A stretch of DNA of 64,000 nucleotides from an uncultured Acidobacteriota bacterium (GTDB taxonomy: Bacteria > Acidobacteriota > Thermoanaerobaculia > UBA5066). The stretch covers positions 828 to 64,827 of the forward strand of contig CAIMWE010000119.1 in NCBI GenBank assembly GCA_903845115.1. Direction: 5' to 3'. Shown here piece by piece: positions 45,147-54,290 of the stretch (position 1 is the first letter of the stretch; every line of letters starts with the position of its first letter). Under the pieces are notes generated by a model, which was not told where the DNA came from, did no database searches, and saw nothing but the letters and a program-made list of their open reading frames with translations. A program made the position numbers and the translations under genes.

Positions 45147-45920
45147 TCACCGCGCGTCCCAGGGGAACCTTCCCTCCCTCGCGAACCGCCGCATGTTCTC
45201 CTGGACGGCCGGGGCCGCCGCGAGGCGCGAGATCTCGTCCACGGCGTCCCGCTCCATGGCGTCGGTGATCACCCACATCCGCCGGAAGTAGCTCTTGAGC
45301 TCCACGATGGTCGACTCCTCCAGCTTGCCGATCCGGAGGAGCAGACGGCGCAGCGGCTCGTCCAGGTCGTCCGCCACCTCGTCGACGAGGTGGAAAGCGA
45401 GCGCCTCCCGGGCCGGGACGGGCAACGTGGAGAGCGTCATGGTGTAGGTCTTCTGGAAGCCGACCCGCCGGATGAGGTACGGCACCACGCACGCCGGGAG
45501 GAGTCCCCACAGCGCCTCGGAAAGGGCGAACTGGGAGCGCTCCGTGGCCAGGACGAAGTCGCTCGCCGCCGCCAGACCGACCCCCCCCGCCGTCACGCGC
45601 CCGTCCACGCGGGCCACGACGACCTTGGGGCTGAGGCTGAACCGTCGGAGGATCGCCATGTAGCCTTCCGCGCGGTCCGCCTCTCCCCCGCTGCCGTCCC
45701 CCGAGGCCTCCGCGAAGTCCATCCCCGTGCAGAAGGTCCCGGGCTGCCCGTCCAGGACGAAGAACCGGCAGGTGGGATCCCCCTCGGCCAGGTCGAGCGC
45801 CTGCCCGAGCTCCACGAGCATCCGGCCGTTGATGGCGTTCTGCCGTTCCGGACGCGAGAGCGTGACCGTCAGGACGCGCGCCGACTCCTTCAGGACGAGC
45901 GTCTCGAATGGCGGCGTCAC
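45147..45920 (-). CDS. Enoyl-CoA hydratase-family dehydratase ECH1 (PksH-like) of the beta-branching cassette
   Basis: C-terminal 257 codons of track ORF 45147..48272. GTG 45920 has a GAGGGGG RBS, 11 nt after the HMGS stop. LTVTLSRPERQNAINGRM, FCTGMDF, RVDGRVTAGGVGL crotonase motifs. Confidence 0.85.
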   Translation of the reverse strand: MTPPFETLVLKESARVLTVTLSRPERQNAINGRMLVELGQALDLAEGDPTCRFFVLDGQPGTFCTGMDFAEASGDGSGGEADRAEGYMAILRRFSLSPKVVVARVDGRVTAGGVGLAAASDFVLATERSQFALSEALWGLLPACVVPYLIRRVGFQKTYTMTLSTLPVPAREALAFHLVDEVADDLDEPLRRLLLRIGKLEESTIVELKSYFRRMWVITDAMERDAVDEISRLAAAPAVQENMRRFAREGRFPWDAR

Positions 45921-45931
45921 GGCAGGCCCCC

Positions 45932-47164
45932 TCAGCTCCAGGAGTACTCGCGGTGGTAGTTGCGGATGCCGTCCAGGACGAGGAGTCCGCGTCCTGCGAC
46001 CTGGGACTCGTAGAGCGGGGCGAGGGGGCCCCGATCCATCTCCCGGTCCTTCGTCCCGAAGGTCCAGCTGGCGTTCAGGTCGAGAATCCGGTCGTACTCC
46101 TCCATCGTGAGAGGGTACCGCTCCCGGAGCCGGTCGGCGAGCGCGAGGGACCGGAGCTTCTCCTGCGACCTGCTCGTGACGGTGCCGCTGAAGAACTCCG
46201 ACGAGCAGCCGGACCCGTAGGCGAAGAGACCGACCCTCCGGGGAGCCCGGAAGTCGCCGCTGTCGACGATGCCCTGGAGCGCCAGGAAGAGCGTCGCGGA
46301 GTAGATGTTGCCGACCTCGACACAGTGGCGAAGCGACGGCAGGACCCGCCTCTCGAAGTCGGTGTCGCAGGCGGCCGGACCTGCCCGCTTCAGCTTCCGC
46401 ATCATCATCCGGTGGGCTCCCTTGACCATCCCCCCGAACGGCGTGTGGAACGCGAGGTAGTCGAAGGTCGTGGCGAAGTCCGCGCCCTCCACCCTCTCCG
46501 CGTAGACCTCCCAGGACCTCTCGAGGCAGTCGAGGTACGAGAGGAGCGAGAGGTCGGGGTCTCCCGTCTCGAACTCCGCCGTCGGGCGGCAGGTGTCCAT
46601 GACCTCGTAGCCCCAGTACCCGTTCGCCCCGAAGTCGAGGTCCAGGATCTCCGGGTTCTCCCCGACGAGCAGGGCCGCGGCGCCCGTCCCCTGGGACGGC
46701 TCGGCGTACGTCAGCTTGGCCGCCGCCCGGGCCGTGTCGGTCGCCACGACCAGGGCCTTCGCCCCCGGCGAGGCTCCCGACGCGACGAACGCCGCGGCGA
46801 GCTGGAGGGCGGCCGCTCCGCCGTAGCAGGCCTGCTTCACCTCGAAGAGGCGGCAGCGCCGCCCGAGGCCGAGGTGCCGGTGCACGTAGGTGCTGAGCGA
46901 CTTCCCGAAGTCGATCCCCGACTCGGAGGCGGTGACGAGGAGCTCGATGCGCCCCCGCTCCGCGGCGTCCATCCTGTCCACGATCGGCCTGGCGGCGTTC
47001 ACCCCGTTCGTGACGGGGTCCTCCCATGGGAAGCCGACCGCCTTCTTCTCCATCATCAGGTTGCCGAAGCGCTCCAGGTCGAGCCCTCGGGAACGGAAAA
47101 GCGTCCTCACGTCGAGGCACGCGCGGCCACCGTAGGAGTTCAGATCCTCGATTCCGACGGGCAC
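45932..47164 (-). CDS. HMG-CoA-synthase homologue (PksG-like HMGS) for polyketide beta-branching
   Basis: 410 aa. ASESGIDFGKS, EVKQACYGGAAAL (active-site Cys), FHTPFGGMV, YGSGCSSEFF. GTG start 3 nt after the upstream TGA. Confidence 0.9.
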   Translation of the reverse strand: MPVGIEDLNSYGGRACLDVRTLFRSRGLDLERFGNLMMEKKAVGFPWEDPVTNGVNAARPIVDRMDAAERGRIELLVTASESGIDFGKSLSTYVHRHLGLGRRCRLFEVKQACYGGAAALQLAAAFVASGASPGAKALVVATDTARAAAKLTYAEPSQGTGAAALLVGENPEILDLDFGANGYWGYEVMDTCRPTAEFETGDPDLSLLSYLDCLERSWEVYAERVEGADFATTFDYLAFHTPFGGMVKGAHRMMMRKLKRAGPAACDTDFERRVLPSLRHCVEVGNIYSATLFLALQGIVDSGDFRAPRRVGLFAYGSGCSSEFFSGTVTSRSQEKLRSLALADRLRERYPLTMEEYDRILDLNASWTFGTKDREMDRGPLAPLYESQVAGRGLLVLDGIRNYHREYSWS

Positions 47165-47167
47165 GGG

Positions 47168-48445
47168 TCAGTACTCCTCGCTCTGAAGTCTGTGCAGCAG
47201 GACGCTGCTGTTGACGCCGCCGAATCCGAAGGAATTCGAGAGGGCCCAGGCCACCTCGACCTCCTCGGCCCTGCTTCCCACGAACCGCAGCAGCGGATCC
47301 ACCGGCTCCTCCAGGTTCAGGTTCGGGTGGAGGAACCCGTGGCCGAGCTGCAGGACACACGCCACGAGCTCCACGAGCCCGGCAGCGTTGAGGCAGTGCC
47401 CCGTCAGCGACTTCGTCGAGTTGACCCACGGACGCGCGGGACCGAACACGGCCTTCAGCGCGGCGCACTCGCACGCGTCCCCCACGGGGGAAGAGCTGCC
47501 GTGCGCGTTCACGTAGCCCACGTCGGAAGGGGACGCGCCCGCCTCCTCCAGGGCCTTCCGCATCGCCCGCGCCTCGCCGTCCCCGCTCGGGCTCGGCAGG
47601 TGGGTTCCGTCGAGGACGAGCGACGTCCCGGCGATCTCTCCCAGCACCCTGACGCCCCGCTCCCGGGCCGACTCGGCCGTCTCCAGGACGAGACACGCGG
47701 CTCCCTCTCCCCAGACGAAGCCGCCGTGGCGACGGTCGAAGGGACGCGACGCCCGCTCGGGCTCGTCCTGGAAGGAGTCGGTGAGGGCGGCCCCCAGGAG
47801 GCCGTACGCCTCGAGGTCGAGGGCCCCCAGGTCCGCCGAGGCGCCGCACACCAGAACGCAGCGCGCGTCCCCCGCCCGGAGGACCCGTACCGCGTTCCAG
47901 ACCGCGACGTTCCCGCTCCCCGAGGCCCCGCTCACCGTGAAGCCGAAGCCCCGGGTTCCCAGGATCTCGCTGACGCAGCCGACCTGGCTGGAGTCGAGCG
48001 CCCAGATCGCGTACTTCGGGTTGACCCTCCCGGTCTCGCGAAACTTCTCCCAGGCCTCGCCGGTGTACCCCGTGGCCAGGTTGCTCCCCGCCACGACGAC
48101 CCCTATCTCCTCGGGTGCGACCGGCACCCTGTGGAGTCTCGCGTCGAGGAAGGCCTGCACCGCGACGCAGGCCGAAAGGCGCACCCCGCCGGGCGCGCTC
48201 GCGAGGATCTTCCGGGCCCGCGCGCCCGGACCGGCCGCCGGGCCTTCGAGCCCCCCGAAGAAGCTCTGCCACGAGAAGTCCCGGACCCGGGCGGCGACCG
48301 TGACCGACACGCCCGGCATCTCCTCGAGGCGGCCCACGCCGCAGGAACCTCGCCGCAGGCCATCCTCGAAGGACGCGACGTCGTGTCCGATGCTCGTCAC
48401 GACGCCGAGGCCCGTGACGACGATGCGGGGCCCTGCGTTCCTCAC
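47168..48445 (-). CDS. Free-standing decarboxylating ketosynthase (PksF-like, active-site Cys replaced by Ser)
   Basis: 425 aa FabF-like. FTVSGASGSGN aligns with the xTACAxG block, with Ser in place of the nucleophilic Cys. NAHGSSSP and TGHCLNAAG His motifs are retained. GTG start in a GTGA overlap. Confidence 0.85.
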   Translation of the reverse strand: MRNAGPRIVVTGLGVVTSIGHDVASFEDGLRRGSCGVGRLEEMPGVSVTVAARVRDFSWQSFFGGLEGPAAGPGARARKILASAPGGVRLSACVAVQAFLDARLHRVPVAPEEIGVVVAGSNLATGYTGEAWEKFRETGRVNPKYAIWALDSSQVGCVSEILGTRGFGFTVSGASGSGNVAVWNAVRVLRAGDARCVLVCGASADLGALDLEAYGLLGAALTDSFQDEPERASRPFDRRHGGFVWGEGAACLVLETAESARERGVRVLGEIAGTSLVLDGTHLPSPSGDGEARAMRKALEEAGASPSDVGYVNAHGSSSPVGDACECAALKAVFGPARPWVNSTKSLTGHCLNAAGLVELVACVLQLGHGFLHPNLNLEEPVDPLLRFVGSRAEEVEVAWALSNSFGFGGVNSSVLLHRLQSEEY

Positions 48446-48699
48446 GGACTCTCCCCTCCCCCGAGGTGGCGGTGCAGGACGTCCACGAGCCCCTGGAGGT
48501 TCGAGACGCCGTGGAGCTCGACCCGGGGAATCCGCAGGTCCAGCTGCTCGAGGACCGCCATCGAGATCTCGACCCGGTCCACCGAGTTCGCGCCCAGCTC
48601 CAGGAGGGAGACCCCCGGGACGACCGCGTCGGGGCTCACGTCCACGAGAACCTCGAGGACCTTCGCCTTCACGACCTGGAAGATCATCTCGCGCGTCAC
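48442..48699 (-). CDS. Free-standing acyl carrier protein (AcpK-like donor ACP of the beta-branching cassette)
   Basis: C-terminal 85 codons of track ORF 48442..49707. GTG 48699 is in a GTGA overlap with a GGAGGAG RBS. LLELGANSVDRVEISMAVLEQL carries the phosphopantetheine Ser. Confidence 0.75.
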   Translation of the reverse strand: MTREMIFQVVKAKVLEVLVDVSPDAVVPGVSLLELGANSVDRVEISMAVLEQLDLRIPRVELHGVSNLQGLVDVLHRHLGGGESP

Positions 48700-49670
48700 G
48701 ATCTCTCCTCCTCGGCGACCCGGAGGGCGGCTTCCACCGTGGCCAGGTTCGCCGCGTCCCTCGCGAAGGGAGTCACGACAGGAAAGACGAGCGAGGCGGA
48801 GCCCGGGCGCGTATTCGTCCGGACGAACGACGCGAGCGTCCCCGAAGGCCCGAGGTCCACGTAGGAGTGGGGGCCTCGCTCCTCCATCCAGTCGACCGTC
48901 CTCTGGAACTGGACCGGACCGCGCGTCACGCCCCACAGGGAATCGGCGCCCGCGACGGGGACGATGCCCGCCCACCGGGCCGAGACGAGAGGGAACCGCG
49001 GGGGACGCACCTCGAGGGTGGAGAGCAGCTCCTTCCACTCGCCGGCGACCGCGTCGACGGCGGGCGAGTGGAACGCGATCCGGATCGGGAGCCGGACGGA
49101 GTCGACCTGCCGCTCCCGGAAGAGCCGCTCGAGCTCGTCCAGGTCCCGGCCGCTCCCCGTGAGGACGAAGTGGCGCGGCGTGTTCACCGCCGCGACCGAG
49201 ACGCCCGGGAAGCGGCTCCGATCCGCTTCGAAGCCGGCCAGGGGGGCCAGCACGGCCAGCATCCCGCCGGACACGCCGCTTCGCTCCAGGGCCTCGGCCT
49301 GACGGAAGGTCGAGAGGAGAGCCTCTCTCCAGGGGATGACCTCGGCGACCGCCGCGGCGACGAACTCGCCGAGGCTGTAGCCGAGGAGGAAGTCCGGCAC
49401 GAGGCCGCGGTCGAGGAAGAGCCGCGCCATCGCGTACTGGAAGAGGAAGAGCCCCGGATGCGTGTACCGCGTCAGGTCGAACGGGTCGAAGCGGCCCCCC
49501 TCGTGCCGGTAGATCACGTCGGCCAGGGAGGTGCCGAGGGGACCCTCGAGGAGCGCGCTCCCCTCGTCCACGACCCCCCGGAAGACGGGCTCGCCTTCGT
49601 ACAGCTCTCGGCCCATCGCGTAGTACTGGCTCCCCTGCCCGGAGAACATGAAGACGACGGACCGCCTCAC
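48696..49670 (-). CDS. Second discrete acyltransferase-like protein (possible proofreading acylhydrolase or second trans-AT); GYSLGE instead of GHSxG
   Basis: Trimmed to GTG 49670 (GTGA overlap, GGAGG 7 nt upstream). FMFSGQGSQYYAMG, LLGYSLGEF, RIAFHSP. Confidence 0.8.
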   Translation of the reverse strand: MRRSVVFMFSGQGSQYYAMGRELYEGEPVFRGVVDEGSALLEGPLGTSLADVIYRHEGGRFDPFDLTRYTHPGLFLFQYAMARLFLDRGLVPDFLLGYSLGEFVAAAVAEVIPWREALLSTFRQAEALERSGVSGGMLAVLAPLAGFEADRSRFPGVSVAAVNTPRHFVLTGSGRDLDELERLFRERQVDSVRLPIRIAFHSPAVDAVAGEWKELLSTLEVRPPRFPLVSARWAGIVPVAGADSLWGVTRGPVQFQRTVDWMEERGPHSYVDLGPSGTLASFVRTNTRPGSASLVFPVVTPFARDAANLATVEAALRVAEEERS

Positions 49671-50521
49671 GGCTCGGCCTCCAGCCTCTCGGCGAGCCAC
49701 GCCGCAACCCCGGCTCCGAGGGAGCTCTTCCGGGGAAGGACGATCGCGAACGCGAACCCGCCCACGATGCTGCTCTCGAACCGGTACTGGCCGAAGTTGC
49801 GGAAGCGCCCCTCCGCGGAACCGTTCCGAAAGACCACCGACTCCACCGCGAGCACCTCGAAGGGAGTCGTCAGCCCGCAGCGAAGGACCTTGGAGAGGGC
49901 CTCCTTCGCGGTCCAGAGCTGCGTCACGCGGCGAAGGGCCTCGTCCGGAGAGAGAGTCGCCGTGTCCACCTCGGCCAGGCTCACCTGCGTCTGGAGGGTC
50001 CCGAGGCGATCCGGCTCGAGCCGTTCCAGGTCGATGGCGAGCGGGTGGGCCGCGGGGAACGCCACCGCCGCGGCCGCCCCCCCGCTGTGCGTGAGGCAGA
50101 CGGCCGCGAGGCTCGACCCCACACGCGGATTACCGCTCCGCGTGGAGGGGGTCCAGGGGAATCCCGGCGGTCCAGGTTCCCCCGGAACACGTTCGTGCCG
50201 GACCAGGGGCTGCTGGAATATCCCGTTGACCACCTCCAGTGTGGCCCAGTCCCTCTCGCCGAGGTACTCGCCGAGCGCGACCTTGGCCACGAAGCGTCCG
50301 AGGAGGAACTCGTCGCGGCGTCGCTCGAAACGGAGCCCCTCGTAAGTCCTGAGCTCGTTCTCGTGGAGTACGTCGCCCCGCCGGGCCTCCACGGCCCGCG
50401 CCCAGGATGGCGCGGCGCACGCCAGGAAGGCCGGGACCGCCTCGCCCCCGCGCGTCAGCCCCAGCGCGAGGGGTGAGAACGCCCCCGTCTCCACAGGCGC
50501 GGGCGCCGCGGCCAGATTCAC
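49667..50521 (-). CDS. Sfp-type 4'-phosphopantetheinyl transferase
   Basis: C-terminal 284 codons of track ORF 49667..51265. GTG 50521 in a GTGA overlap. LAIDLERL (xxIDxE) and WTAKEALSKVL (WxxKEAxxK) motifs. Confidence 0.8.
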   Translation of the reverse strand: MNLAAAPAPVETGAFSPLALGLTRGGEAVPAFLACAAPSWARAVEARRGDVLHENELRTYEGLRFERRRDEFLLGRFVAKVALGEYLGERDWATLEVVNGIFQQPLVRHERVPGEPGPPGFPWTPSTRSGNPRVGSSLAAVCLTHSGGAAAAVAFPAAHPLAIDLERLEPDRLGTLQTQVSLAEVDTATLSPDEALRRVTQLWTAKEALSKVLRCGLTTPFEVLAVESVVFRNGSAEGRFRNFGQYRFESSIVGGFAFAIVLPRKSSLGAGVAAWLAERLEAEP

Positions 50522-51375
50522 GCTCTCGCCGCGGCCCGGATCTGCCGGAGGAGGCCCGAGAGGACCGCACCCGGCCCGACCTCGACGAACTCGGGGGCTG
50601 GCTGGCCGAGGAGGTACTGGATGCTCTCGCACCAGCGAACGGGAGAGCTGATCTGCCGCGCGAGGAGGTCCAGCGTCTCGCCGGGGCCGTAGGGGCGCGC
50701 GGTGACGTTCGAGATGACCGGGATCGCGAGCGGCCGGAACTCGACCGGCGAGCCGAAGCGGCGGAAGGCGACGGCCGCGTCCACCATGGCCCGCGAGTGG
50801 AAGGCCGCGCTGACCTTGAGCGGGACGAACAGCTGCGCCCCGGCCGCCTCGAACGCCTCCCTCGAGGCGCTCACCTCGTCGACCGGCCCGGAGACGACGA
50901 GCTGCTTCGGCGCGTTCAGGTTCGCGACGTCCAGCCCGGAGAAGCGCGGGTCCGAAAGGACTTCCTCGACCCGCGCCGCGGGGAGGCCGACGACGGCCGC
51001 CATCCCTCCCCCCCGTGCCCGGGCCATCAGGTCGCCCCGCTTCTTCACGAGGCGGAGCCCCGTCGCGAAGTCGAAGGCTCCCGCGGCGAAGAGGGCGTCG
51101 TACTCCCCCAGGCTGTGCCCCGCGACGAAGTCCGGAGGGGGCGCGCCGGCCGCCTGGCGGTCGAGATAGGTCAGGGCATTCACGACGAAGAGCGCCGGCT
51201 GCGTGTGGTCCGTCCGGTCGAGGAGCTGGTCGGGATCCTCCAGACAGAGCCTCTCGACCGACCATCCCAGGATGTCGTCCGCGTGCGTCACCTCGCGGGG
51301 GAACTTCGCGAAGAGCTCCGCCCCCATGCCGACCTTCTGGGAACCCTGTCCCGGGAAGAGCGCGATCCTCGTCAT
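50518..51375 (-). CDS. Discrete malonyl-CoA:ACP acyltransferase (trans-AT, FabD-like)
   Basis: 285 aa. LFPGQGSQKVGMG, GHSLGEYDAL, KKRGDLM (carboxylate-binding Arg), SAAFHS. Confidence 0.9.
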   Translation of the reverse strand: MTRIALFPGQGSQKVGMGAELFAKFPREVTHADDILGWSVERLCLEDPDQLLDRTDHTQPALFVVNALTYLDRQAAGAPPPDFVAGHSLGEYDALFAAGAFDFATGLRLVKKRGDLMARARGGGMAAVVGLPAARVEEVLSDPRFSGLDVANLNAPKQLVVSGPVDEVSASREAFEAAGAQLFVPLKVSAAFHSRAMVDAAVAFRRFGSPVEFRPLAIPVISNVTARPYGPGETLDLLARQISSPVRWCESIQYLLGQPAPEFVEVGPGAVLSGLLRQIRAAARA

Positions 51376-51403
51376 GGCAAGTGCCCGATCGTCGCCGTCA
51401 CCG

Positions 51404-53413
51404 TCATTCCTCCACCTTGCTCTGCGGTGTCCTCAGGATCACGGCCCAGCGGTGGAAGATGACGATCATGAGGGCGGCCAACCCGAACATCCAGAACCAG
51501 ACCTTCTCGCGAATCATGGTCTCCGGCCTCCTCATGTACAGGCAGAGCTCGTGGCCGAAAAGGGTGTGGATCACTTCGTCTCCGAGATGGTTCAACGAGC
51601 TCTCCGGGTAGTACTGCTCGACGTAGCCCCAAACCCCCATGCAGAGCCCGAGGAAGGAGAGTTGCTCGACGAAGCGGACCACGAGGAACGCGATCTGCGA
51701 GAGCTTGCTCACGCGCTTGTTGAAGAGGCGGGTCACCTGCCGCACGGTCGGCGCCAGGACCGCGACGACGTTATCGAGGTCCTGGATCCTGCTCTTCGCG
51801 GTCGAAAGGAAGCTCTGGAGCCCGCTCGAGTCGATTCCCCCACGCCCGGACAGTTTCGCCCGCAGCCTCTTCCGCCTCTTCTTCTGCTCCTCCCTCGCCC
51901 GGTCCGAGAAGTAGCGCCGCACCTCTTTCCGGCTGTCGAGGTGCGGGTTGAGCCGGTAGACGATGGAGTCGAACTGGAAGCTCGCCCGGAAGTACCGGAG
52001 CACGTCCGAGCGCATCGGAATCTTGTACCGGCGGGAGATCTCGGCCATCGCCGACATCGCCCGCCCCGAGCACCTCTCCTGCCAGGTCGCCGCCTTGCTC
52101 TTCGCGGTGAAGAGGAACTCCCTCATCGCGTGCGTCATCTCGTTCGTGTATTCCTCGAGGTCCAGGGGCGGCAGCGGCTCGAGCGAGGCGATCATGTTCC
52201 GCACCATTCCGTCGATGTCGTCCTTGGCAAACGAGTTGATGAACCGGATGAGGTCGGCCCGGTACTTCGAGGTGATCGTCCCCGTCGCTCCGAAGTCGAT
52301 CATGACGAGGGTGTTGTCCGGCTGCAGGATCACGTTCGAGGGGTGCGGGTCGGCGTGGAAGAAGCTGCTCTCGAAGAGCTGCCAGTAGAAGACGTTCACC
52401 ATCCGCCGGCCGATCTTCTCGAGGTCGAATCCCTTTGCCGCCAGGTCCGCGAGGAAGGCCTGGTCGTCCCTCTGGACGGCCTCGATGACGTGCCGGAGGA
52501 AGACCCCCGTGACGAACTCGGTGACGAGGACCCTGTTGGTGGAGTAGGCCCCGAAGACGCGAGGGGCCGTGACGTAGCGGTTCGCCTTCTTCGCGTCGGC
52601 CCGGAAGAGGGACGTCTGGCGCGCCTCCACCCGGAAGTTCAGCTCGTCCAGGAGCATCACCCGGAACTCCCTCAGGACCGGACGGGCCTTCCCCCTCTCG
52701 ATCAGCCCGAACCGCTCCGCCTGCCGGAAGACGAACTCGATCGCGTCGAGGTCGGCGGCCAGGATCCGCTCGACGCCTGGCCGCCGCACCTTGACCGCCA
52801 CCACCTCGCCGGTCGGGAGCGTGGCCCGGTAGGCGACGGCGATGGACGCCGAGCCGAGCGGCTCGTCCTCGAACTGGCTGAAGAGGCTGCTGATCGGCTG
52901 GCCCAGCTCCTTCTCGATGACGGCCCGCGCCTGGGCGACCGGGATCGGGGCCACGCTGTCGAGAAGGCCGAGGAGCTCCTCGCTGATCTCCTTGGGCACG
53001 AGATCGGCCCGGACCCCCAGCTGCTGGCCGATCTTGATGGCCGACGGGCCGAGCCGCTCGAGGGTGAGCCTCAGCCGGACGGCGTCCGACCTCTTCGAGG
53101 CGCGGCGACGGAGCCGGTCTCCCAGTATCCCGAGGCCCAGCCGGACGAACGAGAAGGTCCAGACGACGAGCCGCCAGAGGACCCGGAAACGGCTGACCTG
53201 GATCTCCTCGCGCTCGATATTGACGCCGATGTCGTGATCTGCCGCCTCGGACTTTCGCTCGCGTTTCCCCCGGCCGTCGCCGCGGAGCCGGATGACCTTC
53301 GCGGGCGGGCGGGCGGCCCACGCCCCCCGCCCGATCACCGGCGCGATCCGGACGGGGGGCTCACCGCGGTCCGGCAGCCCGGGCTCGGCGCTCGCGTCGC
53401 TCGTCTCGCTCAT
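51404..53413 (-). CDS. ABC1/UbiB-family atypical protein kinase, membrane-anchored
   Basis: 669 aa. LERLGPSAIKIGQQLGVRADLVP, AVKVRRPGV, FFHADPHPSNV, MIDFG. TM segments are present N-terminally (LWRLVVWTFSFVRLGLGILG) and C-terminally. ATG 53413 overlaps the TGA of PKS B (ATGA). Confidence 0.9.
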   Translation of the reverse strand: MSETSDASAEPGLPDRGEPPVRIAPVIGRGAWAARPPAKVIRLRGDGRGKRERKSEAADHDIGVNIEREEIQVSRFRVLWRLVVWTFSFVRLGLGILGDRLRRRASKRSDAVRLRLTLERLGPSAIKIGQQLGVRADLVPKEISEELLGLLDSVAPIPVAQARAVIEKELGQPISSLFSQFEDEPLGSASIAVAYRATLPTGEVVAVKVRRPGVERILAADLDAIEFVFRQAERFGLIERGKARPVLREFRVMLLDELNFRVEARQTSLFRADAKKANRYVTAPRVFGAYSTNRVLVTEFVTGVFLRHVIEAVQRDDQAFLADLAAKGFDLEKIGRRMVNVFYWQLFESSFFHADPHPSNVILQPDNTLVMIDFGATGTITSKYRADLIRFINSFAKDDIDGMVRNMIASLEPLPPLDLEEYTNEMTHAMREFLFTAKSKAATWQERCSGRAMSAMAEISRRYKIPMRSDVLRYFRASFQFDSIVYRLNPHLDSRKEVRRYFSDRAREEQKKRRKRLRAKLSGRGGIDSSGLQSFLSTAKSRIQDLDNVVAVLAPTVRQVTRLFNKRVSKLSQIAFLVVRFVEQLSFLGLCMGVWGYVEQYYPESSLNHLGDEVIHTLFGHELCLYMRRPETMIREKVWFWMFGLAALMIVIFHRWAVILRTPQSKVEE

Positions 53414-54290
53414 CCGGCGAGTCTACCTTCCAGGGCGAGCAGCTTCGAGAGCCGGGCGGCGACGAGGTCGAGGCCGGGCGGCATCAGCAGGCTGAAGTGG
53501 TCGCACGGGACCTCCACGACCTCGAGCCGGGTCCGGATCACGTCGCGCCAGGGCCCAACCGTGTCGTAGGACGCGAACGCGGCCAGCGAGGCCGGCTGCG
53601 GATCGACGCCTTCGAGGACGAAACCGCGTGTCGAGCGGAAGTAAAGGACGTCGGAGGCGTCGTACGGCCGCACGGCGTGGACGCGGAAAGCCTCCCCGGT
53701 GAAGTTGCTCACGTCCGTCGCCCCCTTGAGGCACCTGTACACCTCGTCCTCCGAGAGCGAGAGCCTGCCCCGCTCGCGAATCAGCGGCACGAGCGCGCCG
53801 AGCTGAAGGTGCGGCAGGACGCCCTCGAGATCGGCCATCGTGAGACGGGCCTGGCTCCAGTTCTCCGAGGCCAGGAAGAGGTTCGCGAGCATGACGCGGC
53901 TGAGGCCGCTCTCGCGGAGCCCACCGAAGACGGCTTCCACCTCGGGCGTGTTCGGGTAGGTGTCGAGGAGGACGAGCCGCTCCACTCTTTCTCCGGCCTC
54001 GTGGAGGAGGCGCGCGGCTTCCATCGCGACGACGCCGCCGAGCGAGTAGCCCCCCAGGACGTAGGGCCCCCGGGGGACGGCCCGGCGGACGCACTCGGCG
54101 TAGTGCGCCGCCATGTCGGGGAGGCGCATGAACGGGAGGGCCCGCCCGTCGACTCCCCGGGCCTGGAAAGCGAAGAGCGGGTACTCCTTCCCCAGGGCCG
54201 AGGCGAGGGACCTGAAGACCCCGGCGAACCCAGGAGCGCCGTGGACCCAGAAGGAGGCCCGGCGCCGGCCGGAGCGGTTGATCGGGACGA
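53410..54290 (-). other. C-terminal thioesterase domain of megasynthase B
   Basis: SFWVHGAPGFAGVF, nucleophile elbow GGYSLGG (~nt 54030-54050), distal VPCDHFSLL His block. Confidence 0.85.

Noticed and set aside
45921-51265. Inflated N-terminal extensions of ORFs 45147..48272, 48442..49707, 49667..51265 (and likewise 19749..21350 and 21439..23625 in the AOR operon)
   Set aside because: The extensions run back through the upstream genes in a different frame and are junk. Each real gene begins at a GTG, TTG or ATG with an RBS just after, or overlapping, the upstream stop.
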